A stretch of 64,000 nt of DNA from an uncultured delta proteobacterium. Its GTDB lineage: Bacteria > Desulfobacterota > Binatia > UBA9968. The DNA is taken from assembly GCA_963745035.1 (NCBI GenBank), contig CAVUVW010000021.1:288001-352000 (forward strand), given 5' to 3'. Made by a program: the position numbers and the translations under genes. The notes beneath the pieces were generated by a model. The model was given only the letters and a program-made list of their open reading frames with translations. It was not told the origin of the DNA and searched no databases. Shown piece by piece: positions 9,119-22,231 of this stretch. Within the stretch, counting starts at the first letter, position 1; every line of letters begins with the position of its first letter.

Positions 9119-10927
9119 TCATTTGACGGCTTGATCGATCACCATATCCACATTCTTTGCGCCGACCTCCACCGGATTCTTTTTGTAGTCGCCGGTCAAG
9201 TCGCCGGGACCGCGGGTGGTCGGGTTGCCGTCTTTGTCGAGACGGACGGTGAGGTCGACCTTGCCGGTGAAGGGGGTGCCTTGCATCATCACGTTTTCCT
9301 GGCTCAGGGAATAGCTGAGAGGGAAAATGGGTTTGTCGATCTTCTTGACGGCGAGCGGAGGGCCGCCGGCGGCGCCGGCGCGGCGGGCGATGATGAACAA
9401 CGCGGCGTTGGGATCGATGCTCGCTTTGAGTTTTGGGTCGACGGCGATCTTGCCGCTGATTTGGGCCGATGGCGGAGACGGGGCCGCGGCGGGCGCTCCC
9501 GGCTTAGCTGCCGGCGCGGATGGCATTTCGGCGAGCAGCTTGGCGATCTCGTTACGTTCTTCGCCGGGCGGAACCGTATTCAGCAGGCGCTCGAAGATTT
9601 CCCGCGCGCCGGCGTAATCCTTTTTGTGCTGATACAAAACCATCCCGCGGCCCCAAAGCGCCATGGGGAAGTTCGGCGCAACGGAAAGCGCTTTATCGAA
9701 AGCCATCAGCGCGCCGTCGCCGTGACCCGCCTGAATCAAGATGAATCCCATGTAAGCGTGCGCTTCGGGGTTGTTCGGGTCGGCGGCGAGAGCTTTTTTG
9801 AACGCATCGATGGCCTTGGGGAAATCCTGCTGCGCGAAGGCCTGTTTGCCTTCCGCGATCGCGGCGCGCGCTTCGCCTGATGGGGGCGTTGTGCCGGTCA
9901 TGAAATCACCGGTCATCGAATCGTTCTCGGAGGCGCGCGGGCGGATCGACTGGGTGAGCATGACGCCCAGGCCAAGGCCGAAGAGCAAAAGAAAGACGCC
10001 GCCGGCGACGAGCTGCCAGCGGCGAGAGCGACCATGACCGGGGGTGCCCTTTGACTCGACAGCGCGAGCTGGTTTTTCTTTCGACCTTTTGATGGCGGGC
10101 GCCGGAAGCGCGCTTAACTGCTGGGTGACGGCCGCGCCCTTGATTTCAATCTCTTGTTTGAGCGTCTGATAGTCGGCTTCGGAGAGTTTGCCGGATTGAA
10201 AATCGAACTCGAGCTCAGCCAGTTCGTCTTTGAGCCGGCCGCGCTCGCGCAGCAACTGCGCTCGCTGGCTCCCATCTTCAAGATTCGGTCGATCGTAGTC
10301 GTGCGTCAGAAATTCATCTTGAGCTTCCGCCGTGACAACAGGGTGCGCTCGCTCGCTTCGCATCTTCTTCGCTTTCGACCAGCGCCGGATGAACCAGAGC
10401 GCGGCAACAATTCCGATCACGAGCGCGGCGTATGGCAAGATCCACAGAAGCGCGCTGAATCCGGTGGTCTTGGGTTTCAGCAGCACCCATTCGCCGTATT
10501 TCGACACGAAGAACTCTTTGATCTGCTCGGGCGTCTTGCCGGCTTCGAGCTGTTCGCGCACGACGGCGCGCATCTGCTGGGCCATTTCCGACGGCGAGTC
10601 GGCGACGGAAAGATTCTGACAAACGACGCAGCGGAGCTCGGTGGCGATCTCGCGCGTGCGATCTTCGAGGTCGGGTGGGGCGGCGGAAAGAGCTGGCGTA
10701 ACGACTAGGAAAAGGAAAATCATCATCGCGCCGAGGAGTAAGAGCGTGCCGTTGGTTGACTCCCCCTCACCCTTCCCTCTCCCCCGAAACGGGGGCGAGG
10801 GTGTGATAAAAAGATCGCGGCGAAAGATCGAGAACGCTGCAACGTCTCGAATGATCCGAAGAGCCTGGATTCCGGCTTTCGCCGGAATGACGGATAAAAA
10901 ATGTTTGAGATGACCTGGGAAGAACAT
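9119..10927 (-). CDS. ccmH: CcmH-CcmI (CycL/CycH) fusion, cytochrome c biogenesis; start uncertain (10927 or 10726)
   Basis: LRCVVCQNLSVADS, YGEWVLLKP, ELEFD...GKLSEADY, TPR repeats, C-terminal PLAVKK..FPLSYSL domain. Confidence 0.9.
   Translation of the reverse strand: MFFPGHLKHFLSVIPAKAGIQALRIIRDVAAFSIFRRDLFITPSPPFRGRGKGEGESTNGTLLLLGAMMIFLFLVVTPALSAAPPDLEDRTREIATELRCVVCQNLSVADSPSEMAQQMRAVVREQLEAGKTPEQIKEFFVSKYGEWVLLKPKTTGFSALLWILPYAALVIGIVAALWFIRRWSKAKKMRSERAHPVVTAEAQDEFLTHDYDRPNLEDGSQRAQLLRERGRLKDELAELEFDFQSGKLSEADYQTLKQEIEIKGAAVTQQLSALPAPAIKRSKEKPARAVESKGTPGHGRSRRWQLVAGGVFLLLFGLGLGVMLTQSIRPRASENDSMTGDFMTGTTPPSGEARAAIAEGKQAFAQQDFPKAIDAFKKALAADPNNPEAHAYMGFILIQAGHGDGALMAFDKALSVAPNFPMALWGRGMVLYQHKKDYAGAREIFERLLNTVPPGEERNEIAKLLAEMPSAPAAKPGAPAAAPSPPSAQISGKIAVDPKLKASIDPNAALFIIARRAGAAGGPPLAVKKIDKPIFPLSYSLSQENVMMQGTPFTGKVDLTVRLDKDGNPTTRGPGDLTGDYKKNPVEVGAKNVDMVIDQAVK
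10762..10801. repeat. REP-like hairpin CCCCCTCACC..CCCTCTCCCCCG-AAA-CGGGGGCGAGGG
   Basis: GC stem ccctc.cccccg/cggggg.gaggg seen directly; resembles a widespread REP-like family. Confidence 0.7.
10865..10891. repeat. REP-like hairpin CTGGATTCCGGC-TTTC-GCCGGAATGAC
   Basis: Perfect 8-bp stem attccggc/gccggaat; translates as VIPAKAGIQ on the minus strand. Confidence 0.75.
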
Positions 10928-10937
10928 CGCGGAAATT

Positions 10938-11504
10938 TTATTTGATCGGCTGGTAGTCGCCTTTGCCTTCTTGCGCGCTGACGATGCCTTTGGCGGCTTC
11001 TTCGAGCTTGGTCAAAACCAGCGCGGCGCGGATGCCGCCGACGTGCTTGTAGGTGATGCGGCCCTGCGGGTCGATGAAAAAGCTCTCGGGGATGCCCCAC
11101 GTGCCGTAGTCGACGCCGATCTTGCCGGATTCGTCCTTGCCGTTGGGATAGGTCACATCGAATTCCTTCAAAAACTCCAAAGAGTTTTTGTCCGTGTCTT
11201 GCAGCGCGACGCCGATGAAAACCATGTTCTTATCTTTGACCTTCTGCCAGGCGACTTCCAAATCGCGCGCCTCGGCGCGGCACGGCGGGCACCACGAGGC
11301 CCAGAAATTCAAAAACACAGCCTTGCCGCGCAGCTCACCCAACGACAGCTTGCGCCCGTCGAAAAGCGTCACGGTAAACGGCGCGGCGGGCTGGGCGAGC
11401 AGCGGCGAGGTGATGTAGCGCGCGTCGCGGGTAAAGCCGAAAGCGAGCAGGCCGAGAATGGGCCCGATGATCAGCGCGATCAAGACAAGGCGGCGCCAGG
11501 GCAT
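10938..11504 (-). CDS. ccmG: Thiol:disulfide interchange protein CcmG/TlpA
   Basis: N-terminal TM, NFWASWCPPC, GIPESFFID; lies in the ccm operon. Confidence 0.88.
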   Translation of the reverse strand: MPWRRLVLIALIIGPILGLLAFGFTRDARYITSPLLAQPAAPFTVTLFDGRKLSLGELRGKAVFLNFWASWCPPCRAEARDLEVAWQKVKDKNMVFIGVALQDTDKNSLEFLKEFDVTYPNGKDESGKIGVDYGTWGIPESFFIDPQGRITYKHVGGIRAALVLTKLEEAAKGIVSAQEGKGDYQPIK

Positions 11505-11572
11505 GTGGTCCTCGCTTCGCTCGAAATGGCAAATCTTAGATTGTAGATTGCAAACTGCCAAATAGAACACAA

Positions 11573-13534
11573 TCATGTTTCCACTGGATCGGTCTTTTTC
11601 ATCGGCCAGATGCAGATCAAGGTGCCGAATGCGATGACGAAGCCGCCGATCCACATCCAGACCACCAGCGGCCGCACCAGCGCTTTGAGCGTCGCCTGAT
11701 TGCGGTCGATTTCGCTGAAGCCGGAGAGAATCAGATAGATGTCTTCGCTCAGGCTAGTCTGATGCACGGCGCGGCCGATGGGCGATTGCTGGGTGGGAAA
11801 AAACTTCAGCGCCGGGCGCAAGACGCCGTCATCGCTGCCGTTGTGAAACACGCGAAACGCGCCTTCGACTCTGAAGTGCGTCGGTTGGCGCGTGCCGTTC
11901 AGGCCTTCGAACTGGATGCGATAATTGCCGATCGGCAGCTCTTGTTTGAGCGCGAGGGTCGCTTCCTTTTCGATGCTGTACGACATCGAGCCGGCGATAC
12001 CGAGAATGATTAAAACAACGCCAAGGTGGACGATCAAGCCGCCATAGCGGCGCTGATTGCGCCGCGCAAGCGTCATGAGGCCGCGGGCGATGCCTTCGCC
12101 GGCGATGCGCTTGCGCGCGCGCAGCGCCAGCGCGGTATCGTAGAAAATCGTCAGCACCACGAAAGCGAGGAGAGTGAAGCCGAGGAGCGGCAAGAATTCT
12201 TTCACCTTCCAGAAAAACAGAACCAGACCGAACGTGAGCGAGCCGAGCGCGGGCCAGACAAAATTTCGCCTGAGATTGTCCCACGACGCGCGCCGCCAGG
12301 CGATCATCGGTCCGACGCCCATCAGAAACACAAGAAATAGAAACAGCGGAACCGTCACCGAGTTGAAATAGGGCGCGCCGACGCTTACCTGCACGCCGGC
12401 GACGGCTTCCGAGATCAGCGGAAAGATCGTGCCGAGAAAAATCGTGAACAGCGCCGAAACCAGCACGATATTGTTCAGCAGAAAGGCCGACTCGCGGCTG
12501 ACCATGGAATCGAGCTCCGGCTGCTCCTTGAGAAGATCGGCGCGGTAGGCGAGCAGGCCGAAGGAGCCGAGCAAAATGACCGCAAGAAACGCCAGAAAAA
12601 ATGCCCCCACCGGACCCGAGGAAAATGCATGGATCGAAGAAATAATGCCGGAACGCGTGAGAAACGTGCCGAAGATCGTCAGGCTGAAGGCAACGATGAT
12701 CAAAGAAAGATTCCAGACCTTGAGCATGCGGCGGCGCTCCTGGACCTGGATCGAGTGCAGAAAGGCGGTCGCCGGCAGCCAGGGCATGAACGCGGCGTTC
12801 TCCACCGGGTCCCAGGCCCAGTACCCGCCCCAGCCGAGCACGTGATAGGACCACCAGGCTCCCACCAGATTTCCCGCGGTCAAAAAGAACCAGGCGATGA
12901 TCGTCCAGCGGCGCGTGGTGACGATCCACGCTTCGTCGAGCTTGCCGGTGATCAGCGCGGCCATGGCAAACGCGTAGGGCACGGTAAGGCCGACAAAGCC
13001 GGTGTACAGCAGCGGCGGGTGGGTCATCATATTGGCGTCTTCGAGCAGCGGATTGAGACCGCGGCCGTCGGGCGGCGCCGGGGAGACGGCTTCAAAAGGA
13101 TTGGAGAGAAAGCCAAGCACTCCGAGAAAGAACGCCGACACGATGGAAAAGATCATGATCACCCACGGCATGGTGTCGCGGTGGCGATGCCGATACAGCC
13201 AGGCGGTGACGCCGGAAAAAATGATCAGGATCCATTCCCAAAGCAGGAGCGAGCCTTCGAGCGCGCCCCACAGGCCGGTCACGCGATAATAGATCGGCGT
13301 TGCCAGGGTCGTGTTCATAGCGACGTATTTGATGGAAAAGTCGGTTGCGATCAGGCCGTAAATGAGAGTCGCCGCCGCCAGGGTCACGAGCGTGAATTGG
13401 CCGAAGATCGCGTAGCGCGCAGCTTCCAGATAGCGCTCTTGGCCCGTGCGCGCCGCCAGGATCGGAGTGACGATCCCGCAAAGGGCTGCGAACAAGGCCA
13501 ATAGGATTGCGCTGTGGCCCAGGGTCGCGGTCAC
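11573..13534 (-). CDS. ccmF: Heme lyase CcmF
   Basis: EGSLLLW, GRGLNPLL, HPPLLY, WGGYWAWDPVEN, SIHAF. Confidence 0.97.
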   Translation of the reverse strand: MTATLGHSAILLALFAALCGIVTPILAARTGQERYLEAARYAIFGQFTLVTLAAATLIYGLIATDFSIKYVAMNTTLATPIYYRVTGLWGALEGSLLLWEWILIIFSGVTAWLYRHRHRDTMPWVIMIFSIVSAFFLGVLGFLSNPFEAVSPAPPDGRGLNPLLEDANMMTHPPLLYTGFVGLTVPYAFAMAALITGKLDEAWIVTTRRWTIIAWFFLTAGNLVGAWWSYHVLGWGGYWAWDPVENAAFMPWLPATAFLHSIQVQERRRMLKVWNLSLIIVAFSLTIFGTFLTRSGIISSIHAFSSGPVGAFFLAFLAVILLGSFGLLAYRADLLKEQPELDSMVSRESAFLLNNIVLVSALFTIFLGTIFPLISEAVAGVQVSVGAPYFNSVTVPLFLFLVFLMGVGPMIAWRRASWDNLRRNFVWPALGSLTFGLVLFFWKVKEFLPLLGFTLLAFVVLTIFYDTALALRARKRIAGEGIARGLMTLARRNQRRYGGLIVHLGVVLIILGIAGSMSYSIEKEATLALKQELPIGNYRIQFEGLNGTRQPTHFRVEGAFRVFHNGSDDGVLRPALKFFPTQQSPIGRAVHQTSLSEDIYLILSGFSEIDRNQATLKALVRPLVVWMWIGGFVIAFGTLICIWPMKKTDPVET

Positions 13535-13974
13535 TTGGCGGTGGCTTCCCGAGCCGGAATGAAACTGTTCGTCGGCGGCTTGCCGTCGGGGTGAGGACTA
13601 TAATCTTCGGCGTGCTTGGCCATGATCATGTTCGCTTGAAAAACGCCGTCGGCGCCGATCCGGCCCTCGACGACGGCGCCCTTGCCTTCGGTAAAAAGGT
13701 CCGGCGGCACGCCTTTGAAAAATACCGGAAAAGTCGCGCCGCCGTCGGTCAGCTCGAAGCGGTACGTCAGATTGCCGAGATCCTTTTGCAGCGAGCCTTT
13801 GACGACCATGCCGCCCATTTTTATGAATTTGCCGGACGAGTCTCGCTCTGCGGCCTTGAGCTCCGAAGGCGTATAGAAATAGACCATGGCGTCCTGCATG
13901 CCGCCGATGACCAGGTAGGAAAGCGCGGCGAGAATCACCACGCCGCCGATCAAAAAACGTCTATTTTTTTTCAT
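13531..13974 (-). CDS. ccmE: Heme chaperone CcmE
   Basis: YFYTPSE, GGMVVKGS, PDLFTEGKG, AKHAEDY (canonical HxxxY). Confidence 0.95.
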   Translation of the reverse strand: MKKNRRFLIGGVVILAALSYLVIGGMQDAMVYFYTPSELKAAERDSSGKFIKMGGMVVKGSLQKDLGNLTYRFELTDGGATFPVFFKGVPPDLFTEGKGAVVEGRIGADGVFQANMIMAKHAEDYSPHPDGKPPTNSFIPAREATAK

Positions 13975-14116
13975 GTGCAGCCGTCGCTTCCGGCGGTCCG
14001 AGCCGATCGAGCTCCGCCGCGGCGCGTTGGTAGCGGCGCTTCAAGCAAAGCAGATACACGAGGATAGTACCGCAAACTATTCCATATGCCAGAGCGACAA
14101 AACCCCAGGGACCCAT
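13961..14116 (-). CDS. ccmD: Heme exporter protein CcmD
   Basis: 51 aa MGPWGFVALAYG.. single TM plus basic tail; overlaps ccmC stop (TGATG) and ccmE start. Confidence 0.8.
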   Translation of the reverse strand: MGPWGFVALAYGIVCGTILVYLLCLKRRYQRAAAELDRLGPPEATAAHEKK

Positions 14117-14823
14117 CAGGCGCCTCGCTCCAGCCGTCGCGCGATGATTTCCTGGCGCATCTCGCCGACCCGATAGCGCAGCGACAGCAGATAAAAATAC
14201 AGCAGCAGAAAGGCGACGAAGCTGATCGTCAGCGCGGTCAGCATGCTCGGATGGACGTTTTCCCAGGGCAGCTTGTCGGGACGCAGGATCGACGGCGGCT
14301 GGTGCAGGGTGCGCCACCAGTAAACCGACATGTGAATCAGCGGAATGTCGAGGAAACCGATGATGCCGAGCACCGCCGCCGCGGTGGCGGCGCGGTTCTG
14401 ATCCTCGATCAAGGAGCGGAGCATCAAATAGCCGGCGTAGATCAACAGCAAAATCGCCGTCAACGTCAGCCGCGCGTCCCAGGTCCACCACACGCCCCAG
14501 GTGGGCCGGCCCCAGATGGAGCCCTCGATGATCGTGAGCGCGGTGAAAAGCACGCCCAGCTCGGCGGCCGCGTGGGCCAGGATGTCGTCGCGCTTTTCGC
14601 GCTTCCACAGATACAAGCCGCTGCCGATAAAAACCAGAAAATAGGAGAGATAGGCAATCAAAATGCTCGGCAGGTGGAGATACATGATGCGCTGCGCTTC
14701 GCCCTGGTAGGCATCGGGCGGAGCGACGGCAAGGGACCAGTAAAGGCTGAACCCGGCCGCCGCCAGCGCCAGCGCGCCGAGGATGCCTTTGCGCTTCTTG
14801 ACCGATGAAGGCTGCCCGCTCAT
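14116..14823 (-). CDS. ccmC: Heme exporter protein CcmC
   Basis: RIMYLHLP, GSIWGRPTWGVWWTWDARLT, WWRTLHQ. Confidence 0.96.
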   Translation of the reverse strand: MSGQPSSVKKRKGILGALALAAAGFSLYWSLAVAPPDAYQGEAQRIMYLHLPSILIAYLSYFLVFIGSGLYLWKREKRDDILAHAAAELGVLFTALTIIEGSIWGRPTWGVWWTWDARLTLTAILLLIYAGYLMLRSLIEDQNRAATAAAVLGIIGFLDIPLIHMSVYWWRTLHQPPSILRPDKLPWENVHPSMLTALTISFVAFLLLYFYLLSLRYRVGEMRQEIIARRLERGA

Positions 14824-14824
14824 T

Positions 14825-15498
14825 TCAATTCTCGATGACCCAATCGAAGATCAACACGCCCGCGGTTAAAAATATCACATCAAAGCCCAAAAGCAGCCGC
14901 AGCCAGCCCACTTGATTGCCGAGCTCGCCGGCGCGCAGCACTTCTTCCAGGCAGCGAATGGTGGCGAGGACGACGGGGATCATCAGCGGAAAAAGCACCA
15001 GCGGCAGCAGGAGCTCGCGCGCCCGCGCTTTCAAAGTGAGCGCCGACATGAGCGTGCCCAAAGCGCAAAAGCCGATGGTCCCCAGCAAGGTAACCAGAAA
15101 AACCTGCGGGAGTAAATTCCAGAAGCGGAGATTAAAAAGAATCCAGAAGAGCGGAATGACGACAAGCTCGACGAGCAACATCAAAATCAGATTGAACGCC
15201 GCTTTGGCGAGGAACATCGCGCCGGGATCGAGCGGCGAGAGCAGCAAGGCGTCGAGATTGTGATTTTCCCGCTCGGCTTGAAACATTTGCGCCAGCCCCA
15301 GGGTGCCGGTGAACAGGAATGCCAGCCACAACAGCCCGGGCGCCATGGCGACGATCCGGTCCGGCGCCGGGTCGAAGGAAAAATTGAACACGAACAGCAG
15401 CAGGGTGCCGAAGAAAAACATCGTGAGCAGGCTGTCGCGACGGCGCAGCTCGAGAAGCAGGTCCTTCCAGAGCAACAACGATGCCTGGCGCAAGAGCG

Positions 15499-15502
<4 letters not shown>
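14825..15502 (-). CDS. ccmB: Heme exporter protein CcmB
   Basis: WKDLLLELR, APGLLWL, ELLLPLVLFPL; ATG overlaps ccmA stop. Confidence 0.93.
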
Positions 15503-16215
<713 letters not shown>

Positions 16216-16257
16216 TCCATTCGTTTCGCAACAGCAGAGGCGGCAAAGAATTGATCG

Positions 16258-16286
16258 AATATAGTGGCGGCATTCCCTTGATTCAA
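16258..16286 (-). promoter_or_regulatory. Putative sigma70 promoter of the ccm operon
   Basis: TTGAAT-17 nt-TATATT on the minus strand; -35 overlapped by the palindrome CCTTGA-T-TCAAGG (16276-16288). Confidence 0.45.
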
Positions 16287-16379
16287 GGCGGAAAAAAATC
16301 GCGCTGCGTCAGTCGTTGATTTGACAAGGCCAGCGCGAGTCCCCTATTTAGTTAGCGAAGGATTGTGAAGGAGGACGGG

Positions 16380-17054
16380 ATGAATCCGATCGTTACGGTC
16401 ACCGGCTTTTGGGATGCGTTTGTCACCAGGATCGCGGTGTTTCTGCCGAATCTGTTTTTTGCCGCCGCGATCATCGTGATCGGCTGGGCGATCTGCAACA
16501 TCATCAAGCGCATCGTGGTGCGCTTGCTCAAGCTCTGCCAGTTCGACCTGCTCGCCGAGCGCGCCGGCATCAGCCGGATCCTCGAGCGCGGCGGCATCCA
16601 GCAGTCTCCCTCCGACATCGTCGGCCTGCTGGCATTCTGGTTTCTCTTCTTGATCGCGATCGTCACGACGCTGGAGACCCTCAACCTGAGCGGTGCCACC
16701 GACACCTTGCACACCATCTATCTCTACATTCCGAAGATCGTCGCCGCGCTGGTGACGCTCATTCTCGGCCTCTATTTCGCGAATTTCCTGGAAACCGTCA
16801 CGCGCACTTCCTGCGCCAACGCGGGACTGGAACAGTCCGGCGCAATCGGACGCGCGGCCTACATCGGAACGACCATATTCGTCGTCGCCGCCATCTTTGA
16901 AATCCTCGATATCGCGTCGGAGATCGTGATCTGGGCGTTCATTTTAGTCTTCGGCGCGGTCTGCTTGGCGCTCGCTTTGGCGTTCGGCTTGGGCGGCCGT
17001 GACGTCGCCGGGCGCCACCTGGAAAGATGGTTGGAGCGAAAGAAAAACGAGTAG
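16380..17054 (+). CDS. TM-helix-repeat membrane protein (CmpX/MscS N-terminal-like)
   Basis: Two repeats FLPNL..A / YIPKIVAA; LALAFGLGGRD; AGGAGGA RBS. Confidence 0.8.
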   Translation: MNPIVTVTGFWDAFVTRIAVFLPNLFFAAAIIVIGWAICNIIKRIVVRLLKLCQFDLLAERAGISRILERGGIQQSPSDIVGLLAFWFLFLIAIVTTLETLNLSGATDTLHTIYLYIPKIVAALVTLILGLYFANFLETVTRTSCANAGLEQSGAIGRAAYIGTTIFVVAAIFEILDIASEIVIWAFILVFGAVCLALALAFGLGGRDVAGRHLERWLERKKNE

Positions 17055-17062
17055 TTAGCGCC

Positions 17063-17091
17063 TTGACTCGCTCCCGCTAATCAGATAATTT
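17063..17091 (+). promoter_or_regulatory. Putative sigma70 promoter upstream of icd
   Basis: TTGACT-17 nt-TAATTT. Confidence 0.35.
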
Positions 17092-17184
17092 CTCTCCGTT
17101 CCAAATATTTTCTAACGCGAATAGCCTAAGGAGCGGTGGAAGTCGACCAGATGCCCTTAGGCTATTTTTGCACGTGAGGAGGCT

Positions 17185-18592
<1,408 letters not shown>

Positions 18593-18644
18593 GGAGTGTC
18601 GAGGTCGAGCTCGGAAGTTCTATTGAAATGAGTTAGAGGAAGTC

Positions 18645-19589
18645 ATGGCAAGGAAGAAGATTGCATTGATCGGCGCGGGCAACATCGGCGGTTCGATGGC
18701 CCATCTGGCGCTCTTGAAAGGGCTTGGGGACGTGGTGCTGTTCGACGTTGTCGAAGGACTGCCGCAGGGCAAAGCGCTCGATCTGTCCCACGCGGGACCG
18801 GTGGAAGGCTTCGACGGCAACGTGACCGGCACCAACAAGTACGAGGATATCGAGGGAGCCGACGTTTGTATCGTCACCGCCGGCATCGCGCGCAAGCCGG
18901 GCATGAGCCGCGATGATTTGCTCGCCACCAACGCCAAGATTTTGACTTCGGTGGCGGACGGCGTCAAAAAACATGCGCCCGACTCGTTCGTGATCGTCAT
19001 CACCAATCCGCTCGACGCGATGGTGACGTTGATGCAGCGCGCTTTGGGCTTTCCGAAGAACCGCGTCGTCGGCCAATCGGGCATCTTGGATTCTTCGCGC
19101 TATCGTTCGTTCATCGCCAAAGAGCTGAACGTTTCGGTAAAAAGCGTCCAAGCGATGGTTCTCGGCGGGCACGGCGACGACATGGTGCCGGTGCGCAGCT
19201 CCTGTATCGTCGGCGGCGTTGCGGTGGAGAAGCTGATTTCGTCCAAGCGTCTCGATGAGATCGAAGCGCGCGTGCGAAACGCGGGCGGCGAGGTTGTGGC
19301 GCTCTTGAAGACCGGCTCGGCCTACTTCTCTCCGGCCTCGGCGGCGATTCAAATGACCGAGGCGTTCCTGTTCGACAAAAAGGAAATTCTCCCCTGCGCT
19401 GCGCTGCTCGAAGGCGAGTACGGCGTCAGCGGCTACTACTTCTGCGTGCCGGTGCAGATCGGCGCCGGCGGGGTTGAAAAAATCATCGACATCCATCTCA
19501 ACGCCGCCGACAAGAAGGCCTTCGATGAGTCCCTCAGCCATGTTAAAGATATCGTGCAGGCGATGAACCGGGTCCTGGGAGTTTCCTAG
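18645..19589 (+). CDS. mdh: Malate dehydrogenase (LDH-like)
   Basis: [30 protein letters not shown]. Confidence 0.96.
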   Translation: MARKKIALIGAGNIGGSMAHLALLKGLGDVVLFDVVEGLPQGKALDLSHAGPVEGFDGNVTGTNKYEDIEGADVCIVTAGIARKPGMSRDDLLATNAKILTSVADGVKKHAPDSFVIVITNPLDAMVTLMQRALGFPKNRVVGQSGILDSSRYRSFIAKELNVSVKSVQAMVLGGHGDDMVPVRSSCIVGGVAVEKLISSKRLDEIEARVRNAGGEVVALLKTGSAYFSPASAAIQMTEAFLFDKKEILPCAALLEGEYGVSGYYFCVPVQIGAGGVEKIIDIHLNAADKKAFDESLSHVKDIVQAMNRVLGVS

Positions 19590-19658
19590 GAGTTCGCGAG
19601 TTCTTCGGGTCGTGTTTCTTTCGTTCAGTTCCGCCGGTGTTTCCGTGTTCGAGCGTCG

Positions 19659-20824
<1,166 letters not shown>

Positions 20825-20828
<4 letters not shown>

Positions 20829-20887
20829 AAGTAAAAAGGTAAAAGTCGCGCAATTCTTTTCATTTTGCCTTTTTACTTTTGCCTTTG
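20825..20887. repeat. A-rich about 7-mer periodic inverted repeat between sucC and sucD
   Basis: aaaagtaaaaaggtaaaa (20827-20844) against ttttgcctttttactttt (20863-20880): 17 of 18 complementary. Confidence 0.75.
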
Positions 20888-20901
20888 AGCGATAGCGATC
20901 T

Positions 20902-21778
20902 ATGTCGATTCTAGTCAACAAGAATACTCGCGTTCTTACCCAAGGCATCACCGGCGCGACCGGGCAGTTTCACACCAAAGCGTGCAAGGAGTACGGCACG
21001 CAAATGGTTGCCGGGGTGACGCCGGGCAAAGGCGGGACGGCGTACGAAGGCATTCCGATTTTCGACACCGTCGAGCGCGCGGTAAAAGAAACCGGCGCCA
21101 ACGCGACGGTGATTTACGTGCCGCCTCCCTTCGCCGCCGACGCGATCCTCGAAGCCGCCGACGCGGATATTCCGCTGATCATCTGCATCACCGAGGGCGT
21201 GCCGGTGCGTGGACATGGTCAAAGTGAAGAGATATCTCGCCGGCAGGAAATCACAGCTCCTCGGACCCAATTGTCCGGGCACGATCACGCCGGGAGAATG
21301 CAAGATCGGCATCATGCCCGGCCATATTCACAAACCGGGACCCGTCGGAGTGGTGTCGCGCAGCGGCACATTGACTTACGAAGCCGTGGATCAGCTCACC
21401 CGCTTGGGCATGGGGCAGTCGACGTGTGTGGGCATCGGCGGCGATCCGGTGCACGGCTTCGAATTCGTCGACGTGCTCAAAATGTTTCATCAAGACGCGG
21501 CAACCGAAGCGGTGGTCATGATCGGCGAGATCGGCGGCAGCGCCGAAGAAGAGGCGGCCGACTGGATCGGCGCGAACATGAAAAAGCCGGTGGTCGGATT
21601 TATCGCCGGCCAGACGGCGCCGCCGGGCAAACGCATGGGCCATGCCGGCGCGATCATCTCCGGCGGCAAGGGAACGGCTAAAGAAAAAGTGGCAGCGATG
21701 AAACGGGCCGGTATTCGCATGGCGAGCTCGCCCGCGACCATCGGTCAAACGATGCAGGAGGCGCTGGCAAGTTCATGA
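20902..21778 (+). CDS. sucD: Succinyl-CoA ligase alpha subunit (apparent +1 frameshift near 21209)
   Basis: [34 protein letters not shown]. Confidence 0.95.
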
Positions 21779-22194
21779 GCGTGGAAAAAACTTTGTCGAT
21801 CATCAAGCCGGACGCGGTGCGGCGAAATCTAATCGGCGAGATCTTGCGCCGCTTCGAAGCGGCGGGCTTGAGAATCGCCGCCGGAAAGCTTTTGCGGCTC
21901 ACGCCGGAAAGAGCCCAGGCCTTTTACGCCGTGCACAAAGAGCGGCCGTTCTTTTCCGGCTTGTGCGCGTATATGTCTTCGGGGCCGATCTTCGTATCCG
22001 TGCTCGAAGGGGAAAACGCGATCGCAAAAAATCGCGAAATCATGGGCGCCACGGATCCGGCCAAAGCCGCGCCGGGGACCATCCGCAAAGATTGCGGCCA
22101 GGACGTCGAGCAGAACGCGGTCCACGGTTCGGACGGACCGGAGACCGCCGCCAGTGAAATTGCTTTCTTTTTCAAACCCGACGAAGTTCTCTAA
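21775..22194 (+). CDS. ndk: Nucleoside diphosphate kinase
   Basis: [22 protein letters not shown]. Confidence 0.97.
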   Translation: MSVEKTLSIIKPDAVRRNLIGEILRRFEAAGLRIAAGKLLRLTPERAQAFYAVHKERPFFSGLCAYMSSGPIFVSVLEGENAIAKNREIMGATDPAKAAPGTIRKDCGQDVEQNAVHGSDGPETAASEIAFFFKPDEVL

Positions 22195-22231
22195 ACGGCC
22201 AACCGCCTGCAAGGCGGCGGTGGATTTCCGC

